A DNA stretch of 64,000 nucleotides from the human T2T-CHM13v2.0 reference genome, Homo sapiens (GCF_009914755.1 NC_060933.1); one strand, 5' to 3'. Counted from the stretch's first letter, positions 28,703 to 43,569 are shown. A program made the numbers and translations. The notes: a model not told the origin generated them from the sequence alone.

Positions 28703-31112
28703 TGTATTAGTCCATTATTGCATTGCTATAAAGAAATACCTGAGATTGGGTAATTTATAAAGAAAAGAGGTTTAACTGACTCACAGTTCTGCATGCTGTA
28801 CAGAAAGAATGTTGCATCTGCTGGGCATGTGGGGAGGCCTCATGAAATGTATAACCATGGTGGGAAAATGAAGAGGGAGCCGGTGCTTCATATAGCTGGG
28901 AGCAGGAAGAAAAGTGAGAGGTGAGGAGGTGCTACACCCTTTTAACAACCAGATTTCATAATAACTCACTCACTCACTATCATAAGAATAGCACCAAGGA
29001 AATGGTATTAAACCATTAAAAAGAAACCACTCCACAATCCAATAACCTCCCATCAGGCCCCACCTCCAACACTGGGTATTTCAATTTGACATGAGATTTG
29101 GTTGGGGACATAGATCCAAACCATATTATTTTGCCCTAGTCCCTCCCAAATTTTGTCTTTCTCAGTTTGCAAAATATAATCATGCCTTCCCATCAGTCCC
29201 TCAAAGTCTTAACTCACTTCAGCATTAACTCAAACATCCAAAGTCTGAAGTCTTATCTGAGATGAGGCAAGCCCCTTCTGCCTAAGACCCTGTAAAATTA
29301 AAAAAAAAAAAAAAAAACTCCCAAGATATAATGTATAATGGGGGTACAGGGATTGGGTAAATACTCCCATTTCAAAAGGGAGAAATTGGCCAAAAGTAAG
29401 GGGCTACGGGCCCCATGCAAGTCTGAAACCCAGTAGGAAAGTTATTAAGTCTTAAAGCTTAACAATCTCCTTTGACGCCATCCAGGGCATACCACTGCAA
29501 GGGGTGAGCTCCCAAAGCCTTGTGCTGCTCCACTCCTGTGACTTTGCAGGGTTCAGCTCCTACAGCTGCTCTCAAGGGCTGGTGTTGAGTGCTTGCACCA
29601 TTTCCAGGCACACGGTACAAGTGCTGGTGGATCTACCATTCTGGGGTCTGGAAGATAGTGTCCCTCTTCTCATAGTTCCCCTAGATAGTGGTCTAGTAGG
29701 GACACTGTGTGGTGGCTCCAACCCCACCTTTCCCCTCTTCAGTGCCCTCGTAGAGATTCTCCATCAGGGCTCTGACCCTGCAGCAGATTTCTGACTGTAC
29801 ATCTAGGTTTGTTCATACATTCTCTGAAATCTAGCCTCAACTCTTGTACTCTGTGCACCCTCAGGCTTAATGCCACATGGAAGCCATCAAGACTTATGGC
29901 TTGAACCCTCTGGAGCAGCATCCTGAGCTGTACCTGGGCCACTTGGAGCCATGGCTAGAGCTGCAACAGATGAGATGCATGTAGTAGTGTCCCATTCTTC
30001 CTTCGTTGTCCTCTGAGCCTGTGATGGGAGGAGCTGCCACAAAGGTCTCTGAAATGCCCTGGAGGGTATCCCTCATTTTCTTGGCTATCAGCATGTGCCT
30101 TCCTTTTAGTTAAGCAAGTTTCTGCAGCTTGCTTGAATTTCTCTCCTGAAAATGGGCTTTTTGTTCTACCACATGGCCAGGCTGCAAATTTTTCAAGTTT
30201 CTACACTCTGCTTCCCTTCTAAATATAAGTTTCAGTTTGAGGTCATTTCTTTGCTCACACACATCACAATAGTTTGTCAGAAGTAGTGAGCTTACCTCCT
30301 GAATGCTTTGCTGCTTAGAAATTTTTTCCACCAGATACCCACCAGAACTTGAGATACTCTCAAGTTCAAAATTCCACAGATCCCTAGGGCAGGCCCACAG
30401 TGCAGCCAACCTTTTTGCTAATGCCTAACTAAAGTGAACTTTGCTCCAGTTCCCATTAAGTTCCTTATCTCCATCTGAGACCTCCTCAGCCTGGACTTCA
30501 TTGTGAGTCTCTATCAGTAGCTTGGTCACAACAATGTAACAAGACTCTAGTAAGTTCAAAACTTGCCCTCATCTTCCTGTCTTCTTCTGATCTCTCCAAA
30601 CCCTTCCAATCTCTGCCCACTATCCAGTTTCAAAGCCACTTTCACATTTTCCGGTATGTTTACAACAATATCATATTCCTCTACCAATTTTCTATATTAG
30701 TCCTTTCTTACATTGCTCTAAAGAAATACCTGAGACTGGGTAATTTATAAAGAAAAGCAGTTTAATTGGCTCATGGTTCTGCACGTTATACAGAAAGCAT
30801 GATGCATCTGCTGGGCTTCTGCGGGGGCATCAGTAAGCTAACAATCATGGCAGAAGGTGAAGGGGGAGCCAGCACTTCACATGGCTGGAAGCAGGAAGAA
30901 GAGTGAGAGGTGGGGAGGTGCTATACACTTTTAACAACCAGACTCACAATAACTCACTCACTGTCACAAGAACAGCACCAAGGAGATGGTGCTAAACCAT
31001 TTAAGAGAAACCGCCCGATGATCCAATTGCCTCCCAACAGGCCCCACCTCCAACAGTGGGACTTACAGTTTGACATGAGATTTGGGTGGGGACACAGATC
31101 CAAATGATATCA
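28703..31112 (-). mobile_element. Full-length MSTA-like MaLR (LTRs 28703-29128 and 30693-31112)
   Basis: two ~425-bp LTRs, ~1.56-kb internal region, TSD aggtg/atgtg. Confidence 0.92.
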
Positions 31113-33212
31113 ATGTGTTAAAAGGAAAAGGAGATAGCAGTGGGAAATGGATATTTAACTTCAGTTTATGAGTTTTTATTTTAGAGTTCTAAAATTATGT
31201 CTTATACTGCCTATACAAGTGCTAGAATAGTTTCTGTATTAAGTGGTAGATATTAATATCCAAATATCATACTTACCTTCTTTGACCTTGCAGTTTAAGA
31301 CGGCATTTTAAGAAAGTAAACAAACACATTGATTTTTTTTTAAAGGAGACATTTTTCAGTAAAGGATATAAGTATGTTAACATGAGAGATATAGAAAAAT
31401 TACAGATGGACAGACAATCCTACATAGAAACCTAAGGAAGCATTTAACTCAGACACAGAGATTGAGAAGAGTAAAGTGGGTGAAATCTGGGAAAGAATGC
31501 TTCCAGTAGAAGAAACAGAATATTGAAGGAACAGAGATTGATGTCAAGAGTTCAGGGAAACAAACCAGAATAAGAATGTTTAGACAAAAGGCTGATGGTA
31601 GAAGGATATTGAGACTGAAAGTTATAGAGAGCACAGGCTTACTCGAAAATTAGTAGACAAAAGAACATCTGTAAGTTCAATCATGAAGGAGTGCCAGAAT
31701 TAAAGAGAAAATAAGGAAATAATAAAGGGAATCTTTTGATGTGAGGAACCAATTGGGCTACCAACTCAGCCTGCCAGCCTGCCATTCCAGTGACAGTAGG
31801 AAATAAATGTTCTGTAAGTTATTTGGAAATTAGAGGACAAAGTAATTGTTTGTTCTATAGGTAGAGAAACATTTTTGTAAATGATAATACAGCTGTTCTA
31901 CCGATTTCTCTTAATTTTCAAAATTTTTGAAGGGGTACACTATATTTTCATGATTTGTTCATTCTGATTTCCAACTCATATTTGTTCATCATTTTCTCTT
32001 TACTTTTTAAAAAGTTGAAAGACATTCGTGTCACAAAATTTTCACAGGATAATTTTTCTAGTTGCAACTGTAGATTTATGTGGATATATACAAGTCTCTC
32101 TAGTGACACATCTAAAGATTAATGTTATGTTCTGTTCCATAGGGAGCAAATATACCACATGAAACATCGCAACTATGAATCCAACTAGACTGTATGGGAA
32201 ACATATATTGAAAAATAAATTAAAATTATAAGTTCTATGAGAAAACACAAACATTTGAGTAAAAAAATGAGAAAGGTTTAGTGGTGACTTCTTCCCATGT
32301 TAGAAAAAAGGATTCATAATGAACAACTTTTTTTTCATGTATTTCCTACAATTGAGTAAAATAATAGGACTAGGTAAGTTTACTGGTTTGCATTTTTTCA
32401 TCTGGGTCTGGTTTTCCATTTCAATTGTTAGCCATTGTATTAACTACTTTCACCATTCAAAGGAATGAATGATCTGCCATAGTATTTTCTGCAGTTCCAT
32501 CTCTTGTTTTCAGTATCATTCCAATTCTGCATCTATCTAATTTTGATCTCTGTTCTATTTATTTTCCTGATTCATAACATTTTGCTTTGTGCTGAGCTCC
32601 TAATTGTCTCTCTGTCATTCTCAACATTTTAGCCCTATGGTCTAAAAGATGCCCAAAAGAATGTAGCATATTCTAGTATATCAGTGGGACAACATAAACA
32701 ACTTGCTTAATTGTTAATCTATTTAAAAGTGAAACAGTGTTTTTCATTTTTTCAATCAATTTAATGCTGACTAGATCCTATAACTACATTCTACTTTTTA
32801 TAACTAAAGAACTCCAGAAAAATAAATGTAATAGCTTTGCTGGAAAAGATTAACCTTACAATGCCTTCCTAATGCCCTTACTTTTTTTTTTTTTTTGAAA
32901 AGTGTTTTCTGGTACACAAAAATAATATTCTGAAATATCTCTCTGATATTTGATTGCCGGATTTAACCTACATACCTCTGAACCTTGGTTTTTCAGACAT
33001 GCAAACTGCTTAACAAGTTCCAATGCATTAATCAATGCACCATTGCATAACTTACAGTAAGAAAAGTTGGTAGATATTTCAGCAATGCCATAAAATATGC
33101 TTCCATTTAACACTTTGAGACAACCAATACACTATTTATATTATTGAGACAAAACAAACCTAAGATCACAGAAAAATATTTATTTTAATAGAATGGTATT
33201 TAAGTAGATAGT

Positions 33213-33511
33213 TTTTTTGTTGTGTTTTTGTTTGTTTGTTTGTTTGTTTGTTTTTGAGATGGAGTCTCCCTCTGTCGCCCAGGTTGGAGTTCAGTGGCCC
33301 AGTCTTGGCTCACTGTAACCTCCCCTTCCCAAGTTCAAGCAGTTCTCCCTGCCTCAGCCTCCTGAGTAGCTGAAATTACAGGCATGCACCACCACGCCTG
33401 TTTAATTTTTGTGTTTTTAGTAAAGATGGGATGTCACTATGTTGGCCAGGCTCGTCTTGAAATCCTGACTCCTGACCTCAGGTGATCTGCCCACCTTGGC
33501 CTCCCAAAGTG
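33213..33511 (-). mobile_element. AluS, 5'-truncated by ~33 nt
   Basis: ends at cctcccaaagtg; perfect 12-bp TSD taagtagatagt; (TTTG)n tail. Confidence 0.93.
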
Positions 33512-33782
33512 TAAGTAGATAGTCTAAATGATTATGGGTTTCAATAGGTTTTGTTAATTTGTTTTAGTTGACATACAAGAGCACTACAAAACCACATTAT
33601 TTTATTTTAATTTTTATCAGTAAACTTCATTATATTAAAGGCCATATTGCCCACTGAATATGATTTTGATAAGCACAACTTCTATAATTTACAACTTACT
33701 GTATATGGTCTAATATAAATTACATTTAGCTATCTTGAATAAAAGATATGAATCCCCAAAAACTTAATATATAAAATAATTT

Positions 33783-33880
33783 CTACAATCAATTAAGCCA
33801 CATGGGGCCTGGTGTGCAAGGGCTGCAAACAGCATCATCCTAGGTAGTGTACAGCAGCCTGTTCCTTGCGTACAACAGCC
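33783..33880 (+). pseudogene. SNORA70: SNORA70 (U70 box H/ACA snoRNA) retrocopy with two internal deletions
   Basis: caattaagcc..catggggcc..tgtgcaagggctgcaaacagca (H box ACAGCA 33829-33834)..cctaggtagtgtacagcagcctgtt; ACA at 33875-33877 followed by 3 nt. Confidence 0.85.
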
Positions 33881-33929
33881 TTTGCCATTGGACATTTATG
33901 TCTTGGATCTAGTGCTTTCCCTAGTCTAG

Positions 33930-34293
33930 GTTTAAGACCGGATGTAGTATGCCTTTGGAAAGCCTCAGGACCCAGAGGTCAGAGTTCACATTGGCCATGT
34001 TCATCCATACCAAGCTGCAAACCCTGGAGCATGTGACTGAGGCCTTATTTAGGGCCAAATTCAAGTTCAGTGAATGCCCAAAAAGCCACATCTCAAAGAA
34101 GTGCGATTTTACTAAGTTTAATGCATATACATTTTAAGACTTGGTGGCTGAGAAACAACTCATCCTGGATGGCTGTGGGGCCAAATATAGCCCTGGAATC
34201 ATGGGCCCCTGGACAAGCAGCTAGCCCTGCATTAGAAAAGAGCTGTCCCCTCTTTACGCATGCCCACCAGTGAATTCTATTTCCTGTACATCT
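33930..34293 (+). pseudogene. RPL10: RPL10 processed pseudogene fragment (last two exons, spliced), preceded by retained intron end 33881-33929
   Basis: [15 protein letters not shown] from 33951, then a frameshift into [35 protein letters not shown]; premature TAA at 34135-34137; 3'UTR-like aattctatttcctgt. Confidence 0.92.
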
Positions 34294-34302
34294 AATAAAT
34301 CA

Positions 34303-34350
<48 letters not shown>
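34303..34350. repeat. (ATCT)12 tetranucleotide STR at the retrocopy tail
   Basis: 48-bp perfect array directly after the RPL10 3' end. Confidence 0.97.
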
Positions 34351-34351
<1 letters not shown>

Positions 34352-35314
34352 AATAATTCAATAATATGCAGTAGATTAAAAAAATAAACACAACTTGATG
34401 TCTAACTACTGTGGATATATTTTGTCATTTATTAACATTCCCCTTTCAGGTTAATATCAAGTCAACAAAAATTTGGAGTTCTCTTGACCCTTTCCCCAAT
34501 GTGTAAATTAGTAATATAATGTCAATATTCAGACAGGCAAATAAACTAAGCTCCCTTTGATGAAAACGACATGCAGTAACGCTTCCCTACTGAGAATCAT
34601 CTTAGTTTGTGAAATCATAATCTGGAATGGCTATATCTGCAAAATACATTAAAAGAAAGAAAATATGAAAAACATAATCTACAATACTTTTATGTATATC
34701 TAATCATTTTATATTTCTTTTTTATTATACTACTTGAAATACATACATAAAGGATAAAGAGTTTCAACAAATCTCAAAAAGGAAACCTAATTATGTATAA
34801 TATTCTGACTGATTTTGTTTGCTTACCAAATTGAAATTGAAAAGAAAAAATACGGCACTCTATAAAAAAATAAAATGATTTCAAAATATAATTATTGTCT
34901 CCCTTTGAAAATATAAATGTTTAAATAATGGTGAAATAGAGAACATAAACATTCACAAATATTACATATCCATTCAACATTTTCAGGTATTATTTTGTTT
35001 TGTTCAAACCTCCCCTTCTGTCATTTTTCTCTCCTTTCTTTATCTTTAGCATAACTGAGCTGCTTTCCAAACATCTATAGTTATACCGGACATAGCATTT
35101 TCCAACATCAAACATGGTTTTTCTTAAACACCAGTTCCAAATATTAATTCCCAGGGAAAATGACATTTTCCATATATGAGAAATATTGGAACCAATATAA
35201 CAAAACTCATTAACATTTATAACATTTGAAAATAATTTCACAAAAGTTTTATTTAAAAAAATTTTATTGTAAATTTATGTAAGAAATTCTCTATCCATTA
35301 TATGACTTGTATAA

Positions 35315-35733
<419 letters not shown>

Positions 35734-37023
35734 GAATATTTTTTGATCTATAGAGATTATATATCGGCATGCTGGCATTGGCTTTTATTACAGAATAAGC
35801 ATTTTAATCTTCATTCACTCTCATCAATTCATTATAGAAACCAGCTTAAAAAAAAAGACCACCACTTGTAGAAAACAGTTAATATTTCGATGGTTTACCT
35901 GGAAGTTTACTGGGCATAAATTTATAAAATACATTTATGGATGGAAATAAACTGTTTTACTAAACAATATTACAGAATTCTGAATAGATGCTGATTAAGC
36001 AGCAAATGAACAAAACTGTTTATTTACCAGTTTGGTGGCTATTATGCTAATTAGATCATCTGTTTAAAATGTGTCCATATGGACAATTTTTCTGTAAATG
36101 TTTTCTTTATCTCCACATTGTGTGGTAGTATTTTCATAGAACCAAGTAGAAATTAACTTAAAAACTAGTTATTTAAAGATGACAATAGAAGGTTTTGAAC
36201 TTTGAGTTCCAAAAGGCAAGCAAATATTTCTGAAATAAAATATATTATATATATTTAATTTCTAATTTAATTTACATATAAAATATTTTTAAAATTCATG
36301 TGAATTTGAGATATTTTCACATTGATTGGACTGTTTTTGTACCTCATTTTGCTTGGTCACACTAAAGTGAGATTCATCATCTTGTGGCACCAAAGGAAAA
36401 CTAGTGTGATTATAAGGAAATTATTACAGTTAGACAACTGTGCATTAATTTCATCATTAAGGACCAAACATGTATACAGATATAAATACTTTTCTCAATA
36501 CATTACTTGCAACATATGCACAATTATGTAACAATTATGGTGAACTAAGTCTCCTAGAAATTTCCAAAATATTTTTTTTGCCTTTTTTTAACCTCTAAAT
36601 CCATATAAATCAAGGGAAAATATTCTTGCACATATGTATATTTAAACATGAACCTAACCAAAAGTAAGAGAAATTTGAAAAAGTATAACATATCAAAATG
36701 TGGAAATTTCTGTGTTTAGGGAAAAATCTATCCCATTAAGAGCTTGCATTAGAAAAGAAAAATTACCTTGAAATTATGATGAAAGCTTCCAACTTGTTAT
36801 TATAAAAATGAGAACAAATTAATTCTGAAGCAATCAGAAAGAAGAAAATAATAAAGGTTAATGAAGAAATAAACAACATTAAATGGAGAAAAATTATATA
36901 GCTAAGTAAATTAAACTAAATTTAGATCTTTGAAGGGATCAATAAAATTGTTAAATCTCTGGCCAGACTATGGAGAAAATAATAGGAAATAAATAATTTA
37001 CAAATTTTAAGAATGACAGAAGT

Positions 37024-37326
37024 GGCTGGGGGTGGTGGCTCATGCCTGTGATCCCAGCACTTTGGGAGGCCGAGGCAGGCGGATCGTTTGAGGTCAGGAG
37101 TTCCAGACCAGCCTGGCCAACATAGTGAAGCCCTGTCTCTACTAAAAATACAAAAATTAGCCGAGCGTGATGGCGCATGCCTGTATTCCCAGCTACTCGG
37201 GAGGCTGAGGCACAAGAATTGCTTGAAGCTGGGAGGTGGAATTTGCAGTGAGTAGAGATGAGGCCACTGCACTCAAGCCCGGGCGACAGAACGGGACTCT
37301 GTCTCAAAACAAATAAACAACAAAAA
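37024..37326 (+). mobile_element. AluSz/Sx
   Basis: TSD aagaatga(c/t)agaagt. Confidence 0.94.
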
Positions 37327-37626
37327 AAGAATGATAGAAGTAACATTTCCATTGTCCTACAACAGTTTAAGGATAACTAAATGAATACCATGATGAAATT
37401 TATAAATGTAAATTAGTTAATTTAGATTAAGTGTATAAATCCCTCAAAAGATACAAACTAAGGCAAACTCAAAAAGAAAGCAATAAAATGCACATCCCTA
37501 TATATCTGTTTTAAATTTATTAATACCCACCTAGATAAACGAACTGACAAATTTTACTAATATTTAAGGAGATATAATTTATACATTACACAAAAGTTTA
37601 AGAAATAAAAAAGAGGAAACACTTTT

Positions 37627-38889
<1,263 letters not shown>

Positions 38890-39469
38890 TGAGTCTACCG
38901 TTATCCCCATACCAAAACCATAAAACAGACATTACAAGAAAATGTCCTGTAGACAAATATGTATTTTGATGATGAATTTAGATTTCAAAAACTTCAGCAA
39001 AATATTATCCAATTAAATCCTCTCATGTCTGTGTGTGTGTGTGTGTGCATGCACGTGTGTTTGTAAAATATATCATTACTAATTGGCGTTTATCTTGGGA
39101 GTTCAAGATGGTTTCCATATTCAATCAACCCATCAATGTGGACTATGGTCACTTGAAAAGACCAGCAAATCCTCTGCACAAAAGGCCACTAGAAATTCAT
39201 TAAAGCAGCCTTCCATCATTCTCGAAATTGACCAAAGCATTCAACTACCTGAGAAATATTTATGTTTGGAAAGCTATTGAAATGCAATTAAAAATATCAG
39301 GAAACCTGTTTTTACCTTTTGTCCTAATCTTGCTAAATCCTTCTTAATTTTAGGAGACACTGCTTCTCCTTCCACTGTTCTTTTACTTTCTCCTTCCCCT
39401 TTGTTTTTGCCTCCCCCTTCCTCTCCCTTTTCTACATTCCTTCTCTCTCCTAAATGCTGTATAAATTTC

Positions 39470-40130
39470 TACATATGTAATCATATTATTTACAAATAGG
39501 AACAGTTTTACTTATTTCTTTCCAGTCTGCATTTATTTTATTCTTCCTTTTTTTCCTTACACACTGGATAGAACTCTAAGTATTATGTTGAAAAAGAGTG
39601 ATAAAAGCAAACATCTTTGCTTTATTCCTGAGCATACATGTGGAAAACATTCAGTGTTTCACAGCTAAATATGATGGATTTTTTGTATGCTCTTTATCAA
39701 GATGAAGGAATTTTCTGCTATTTCTGGTTTGCTGAATTTTTATCACAAGTAACTGTTGAATAGTGTCTTTTTCCCCTGCATTTATTGAACTGATCATGCA
39801 TTCTCCTATTTTAGAATATTAATATGATGAACTATATTATTAGATTTTTTAAAATATTGCAACTGTCTTGCATTTCTGGAATAAACATGGCTTGGTCATG
39901 TGTCACTTTTTTACATAGTGTCGTATTCAAGTTGTCGAGGATTTTGCATCTAGGGTATATTTGTAGATTTGCATCTAGGTTATGTTGGTCTAAAGTTTTG
40001 TTTGTTTGTTTTCCTTTTCTTTTTTTTTATCATCTTTGTCTTCTTCTGTTTAAGTGTCATGCTTGCTTCATAAAATGAATTGAGAAGCATTTCTTCCTCT
40101 TCTGTTTCTCGAAAATTGTAGAGAACTCTT
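39470..40130 (-). mobile_element. Old L1M ORF2 (RT region) fragment
   Basis: tcttgcatttctggaataaacatggcttggtcatg; ORF 39980-40216 contains LNSFYEASMTL..NFRP. Confidence 0.8.
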
Positions 40131-40189
40131 GTTTTTTGTTGTTGTTTGTTTGTTGTTTTGTTTTTTCTTATTTTTATCCTCATACTGAG

Positions 40190-41530
40190 AACCAAACAGT
40201 CTGGAGTGTAAAACATGGTTCCTCATTCCAGTTAAATCTAGTATACAATGACAACAACCCTCTTGGGTTAAGCATTGGCCTACAAACAGAAAAAAACCTT
40301 CAGGGAGATAGATGCTGATCTAGGCATTGTGAGAAAAGCTGAATTCATTTTTAATCATGAATGGCTTTTAAGGAAAGAAGATTTATTAACTAAAATAAAT
40401 AGATTAGAGGGAATTCTCACCTATGAGAGAGGAAGGGATGGGATTCAACCTGGAAAAAGTAATGAAGTTTTAGTGAACCTGGTAAGGTAGACTCAACAAT
40501 TAATGATGGATAATGCTAGGACCCAACACTGGTAATGAGTTTGTATTATGACTCAATAGCATCACTTTATCACTTTAACACAGATGGAGGCCTAAATAAC
40601 CATAGGGTAATGGTTCTTCTTAGATGCAGAAGGACACATTTATATAATCTTAGGGACCCCATCTCTGAGGTCACTCATAATTTATATTAATTCATTGTTA
40701 TTGCCATTGCCCCAAGAATAGATAAGGATAAGACATCCTGTAGTACAGGTAGCAGAGATATAAACTATTCTTATTCTTGTGTCTTGTCTATAGGAAGGGA
40801 GTGTATCCTGGTGTAAGACAGCATATAGTAGAGACCATTGTCAATTAGGGCCTGTGAACTAAGACAGGGTGACTGGCTAAGTCCACAACCCATTAGAAAC
40901 CCAGAAATAATCAAATCATGGTGAGTAGTAATAACACTTATTTATAATACTATACGGTATAAAGACAAGAACCAATTATGTTGAGTAGCTGTAACAAATA
41001 GCTCTATCATTCGTAATAACTTTTTCTGTAATAAAACTGAATTGTAACATGATCATACTGCAATATGACATTACACTAGCATTGTTGGTAAGATTCAACT
41101 ATCTTATGTAGAGAAGTTATATAATGCTTATATTGATAATCAAATGTATTAAGATATTGAGTTAAAGCCTCTTCAGAATGTAATCTGGGTGAATAATAAA
41201 TGGTCTGAGAAAACAGAATTCAGCTAACCATTATCTAATTTCAATGCTAAATAGTTCTGCACAGATTTATCAAAAAGTAAAAATAAAAGCAGATTGAGAG
41301 GAGGAATGAGTAATTTTGTTTGTACAAAATATTAAAGTGTATGTAATGGGCTTGTAGGATGCATTAGTAATTTTTAAAAATCAATCTTTACCCTACACTG
41401 TGTCCATAAAATGCTAGGCATATTCATGTTAATATTACTGTTGTTACTGTCATATAAATGCCATATTCAATGTAGATGCTCAGAAAAATATGATTGTTTT
41501 GCTACAGGAGAGATTAGACCAGGGACAATA
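40190..41530 (+). mobile_element. Possible ERVL-class internal remnant upstream of the MER77-like LTR
   Basis: position directly upstream of the LTR and a weakly gag-like ORF at 40275-40490. Confidence 0.3.
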
Positions 41531-41536
41531 AATATG

Positions 41537-42201
41537 GATTAGGCAAGAATGTGTTAACTCAGCAGCCCAGGGTTTTTTCAACCCTGCACATTCAAAGGTA
41601 AGGTTTGTTTTTAGGACTAGCTAGCCTCTGAGTTCTGGAAATAGTCTTACCGTGAAGAGTGTTTTTGTATATCTGAGGCCTTGGGTTTATGGTGAATGAC
41701 TGACTTTATATGCCTGAGGCCCTGAGCCATGCTGTATTTATTTGAACCATGTGGTATCAATTTAACCAGATACGTTTATTCTAAGATATGATTTATGCTG
41801 AATGCCTGGTTTTGTTCTAGAGGGATCATGGAAAGGAAGCTGAATTTGCCAAGTTTTGCCACTTGGGCATTGCATGCCTATGTGATTAACCACCAATAAA
41901 AACCTGGGACATCAAAGAATAAATAAGCTGCTCTAATTGCCAAGAATTCACATGTGGTTGTATGCAGCTTTACTGGGAGACTGAAGTGTATCTGCATGTG
42001 ATTCTGCTGTGATGGACACTTGTAAGTTTGTGCCTGGAGTCTCCTGGACTTTGCCCTGAGAATCTTTTTCCTTTGTTGATATGACTCTGCATCCTTTTGT
42101 TTTAATAAACTGTAAACATGAGTATAATTGCTTCTCTGAGTTCTGAGAGTTTTTTAAATAAATAATCAAAGCTGAAGAGCAATGGAGACCCCCACCAAAA
42201 C
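41537..42201 (+). mobile_element. MER77-like (MER21/68/77 group) ERVL LTR
   Basis: gttaactcagcagccc..aaccctgcacatt; ctgaggccttggg; caataaaaacctgggac; aataaactgtaaacatgagtataa..gagaccccc. Confidence 0.8.
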
Positions 42202-42209
42202 ATCTTTAC

Positions 42210-43400
42210 ACATTTCAATTTTGTATTGAAGTAAATTTTATTTTCTTTTTTATACCTCCCATATATATTCTATTTTTCTCATTATTATTTATTTTATCCC
42301 AAATCTTTTATCTGTGATCATTTTCCTTTGTTTGAAATTTGTCTTTTGACGTTTCTTTGGAAGGTGCTTTTGGATGATAAATTTTCTGTTATTCTTTGTC
42401 TAAAATGTCATTATTTTGACTCATTTATAAAAGGAGTTTTTGTGTTTTATAAACCTCTAATGTATAGAAGTGTGTCTAAACTCATTGAGGATATTTTCCA
42501 AATTTTTTCCTACTTTTTATTGCTGTTGATAAGAAGTCAGTGTTGGTATTTTGACATTTAAGTTATGTGTCATTTTGTTGTGGTAGTTCTGAAGATCTTC
42601 CCTCTGTTTTATATTCTCCTTCACCTTTCATAAATGTACTTTATATTTATTTGGTAATAAATTTTGAACATATACTATGCTATAAAGATAATCTAGGCCC
42701 TTTGGTTACATCTTGTAAATAAAATCAACAAAATCTGTTTTGAGATTATATTGTAATATAAGATACCCAAAGTAACTAGGATGTGTACCATATGTTTGAA
42801 GGTGGTAAATACGATGAGAAAAATAGATCAGGTCAGGAAGAATGAAGATGATTGAAGGTACAGTTTATGATGAAAACTTAGGTGTGCCGAGGAATGATTC
42901 ATCTTATGTATCTTGAGTGTAATGTCTTATTTCTCCTGAATCTGAGAATTTGATGTCTTTCATTAGGGATGTCAGTAAATCTCACTAATGAATATATTAG
43001 ACTCCAGTTTAATATATGATAGTCATTTTCATTCTGTCTTTCATATCACTGAATCCTTTCTCTTTATTGTTCATTTTTATACATCTCTTAATAGTCAAAG
43101 TGAATTTAACTATGTTTTACGTTATGTGGTTATTCTCACTTTAGCTATCTCTAACATATTATGAATGTGTCAGTTGTGTGTTTACCGTTGTTTGAATTAA
43201 ACTTTTAAATCATTCATTTTAATTCTTACTTAATTCAAACTTGTTTGTTATACATTCTTATAATTCCAGTATCTGGAGTCTTTCTTCATGTGATTCTTTT
43301 ATCTCCCTGTTTTCCTCCTATATTCTTTTCATGCACCATCTTTCTCTGTGTGTTTTGTTTTGTTTTACTGTCAATTCCTAACTAATAGAAGTATATTTAT
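42210..43400 (-). mobile_element. Old L1M ORF1-region remnant (with an L2-like patch at ~42690-42880)
   Basis: gataaattttctg..tgtctaaaatgtcattattttgactcattt; tgctgttgataagaagtcag. Confidence 0.55.
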
Positions 43401-43569
43401 GCAAATAATTTTAGGATAGAATTGAAATAGGTTTCCCAAAAGGATTATATAAATTTGTTTGTACCAAGGGCCCAGGGTTATAAACAGAATGAGATCACTT
43501 TAAATTTCTGTCTTGAGGATTTTCAAGTTACACAGGTCATATTAGTGAGAACCCCAGAAAAGGGCATTC

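Noticed and set aside
33783-33880. Functional SNORA70 paralogue
   Set aside because: Both hairpins carry deletions and no host gene is evident, although the H and ACA boxes persist.
33949-34137. 62-aa ORF as a functional RPL10-like microprotein
   Set aside because: The N-terminus is out of frame because of a ~8-nt deletion, there is a premature TAA, and I see no promoter.
36922-37352. Alu-overlapping ORFs (also 4128-4400, 10153-10383, 14476-14775, 35275-35642, 44739-45020)
   Set aside because: Typical Alu translation artefacts ([20 protein letters not shown]).
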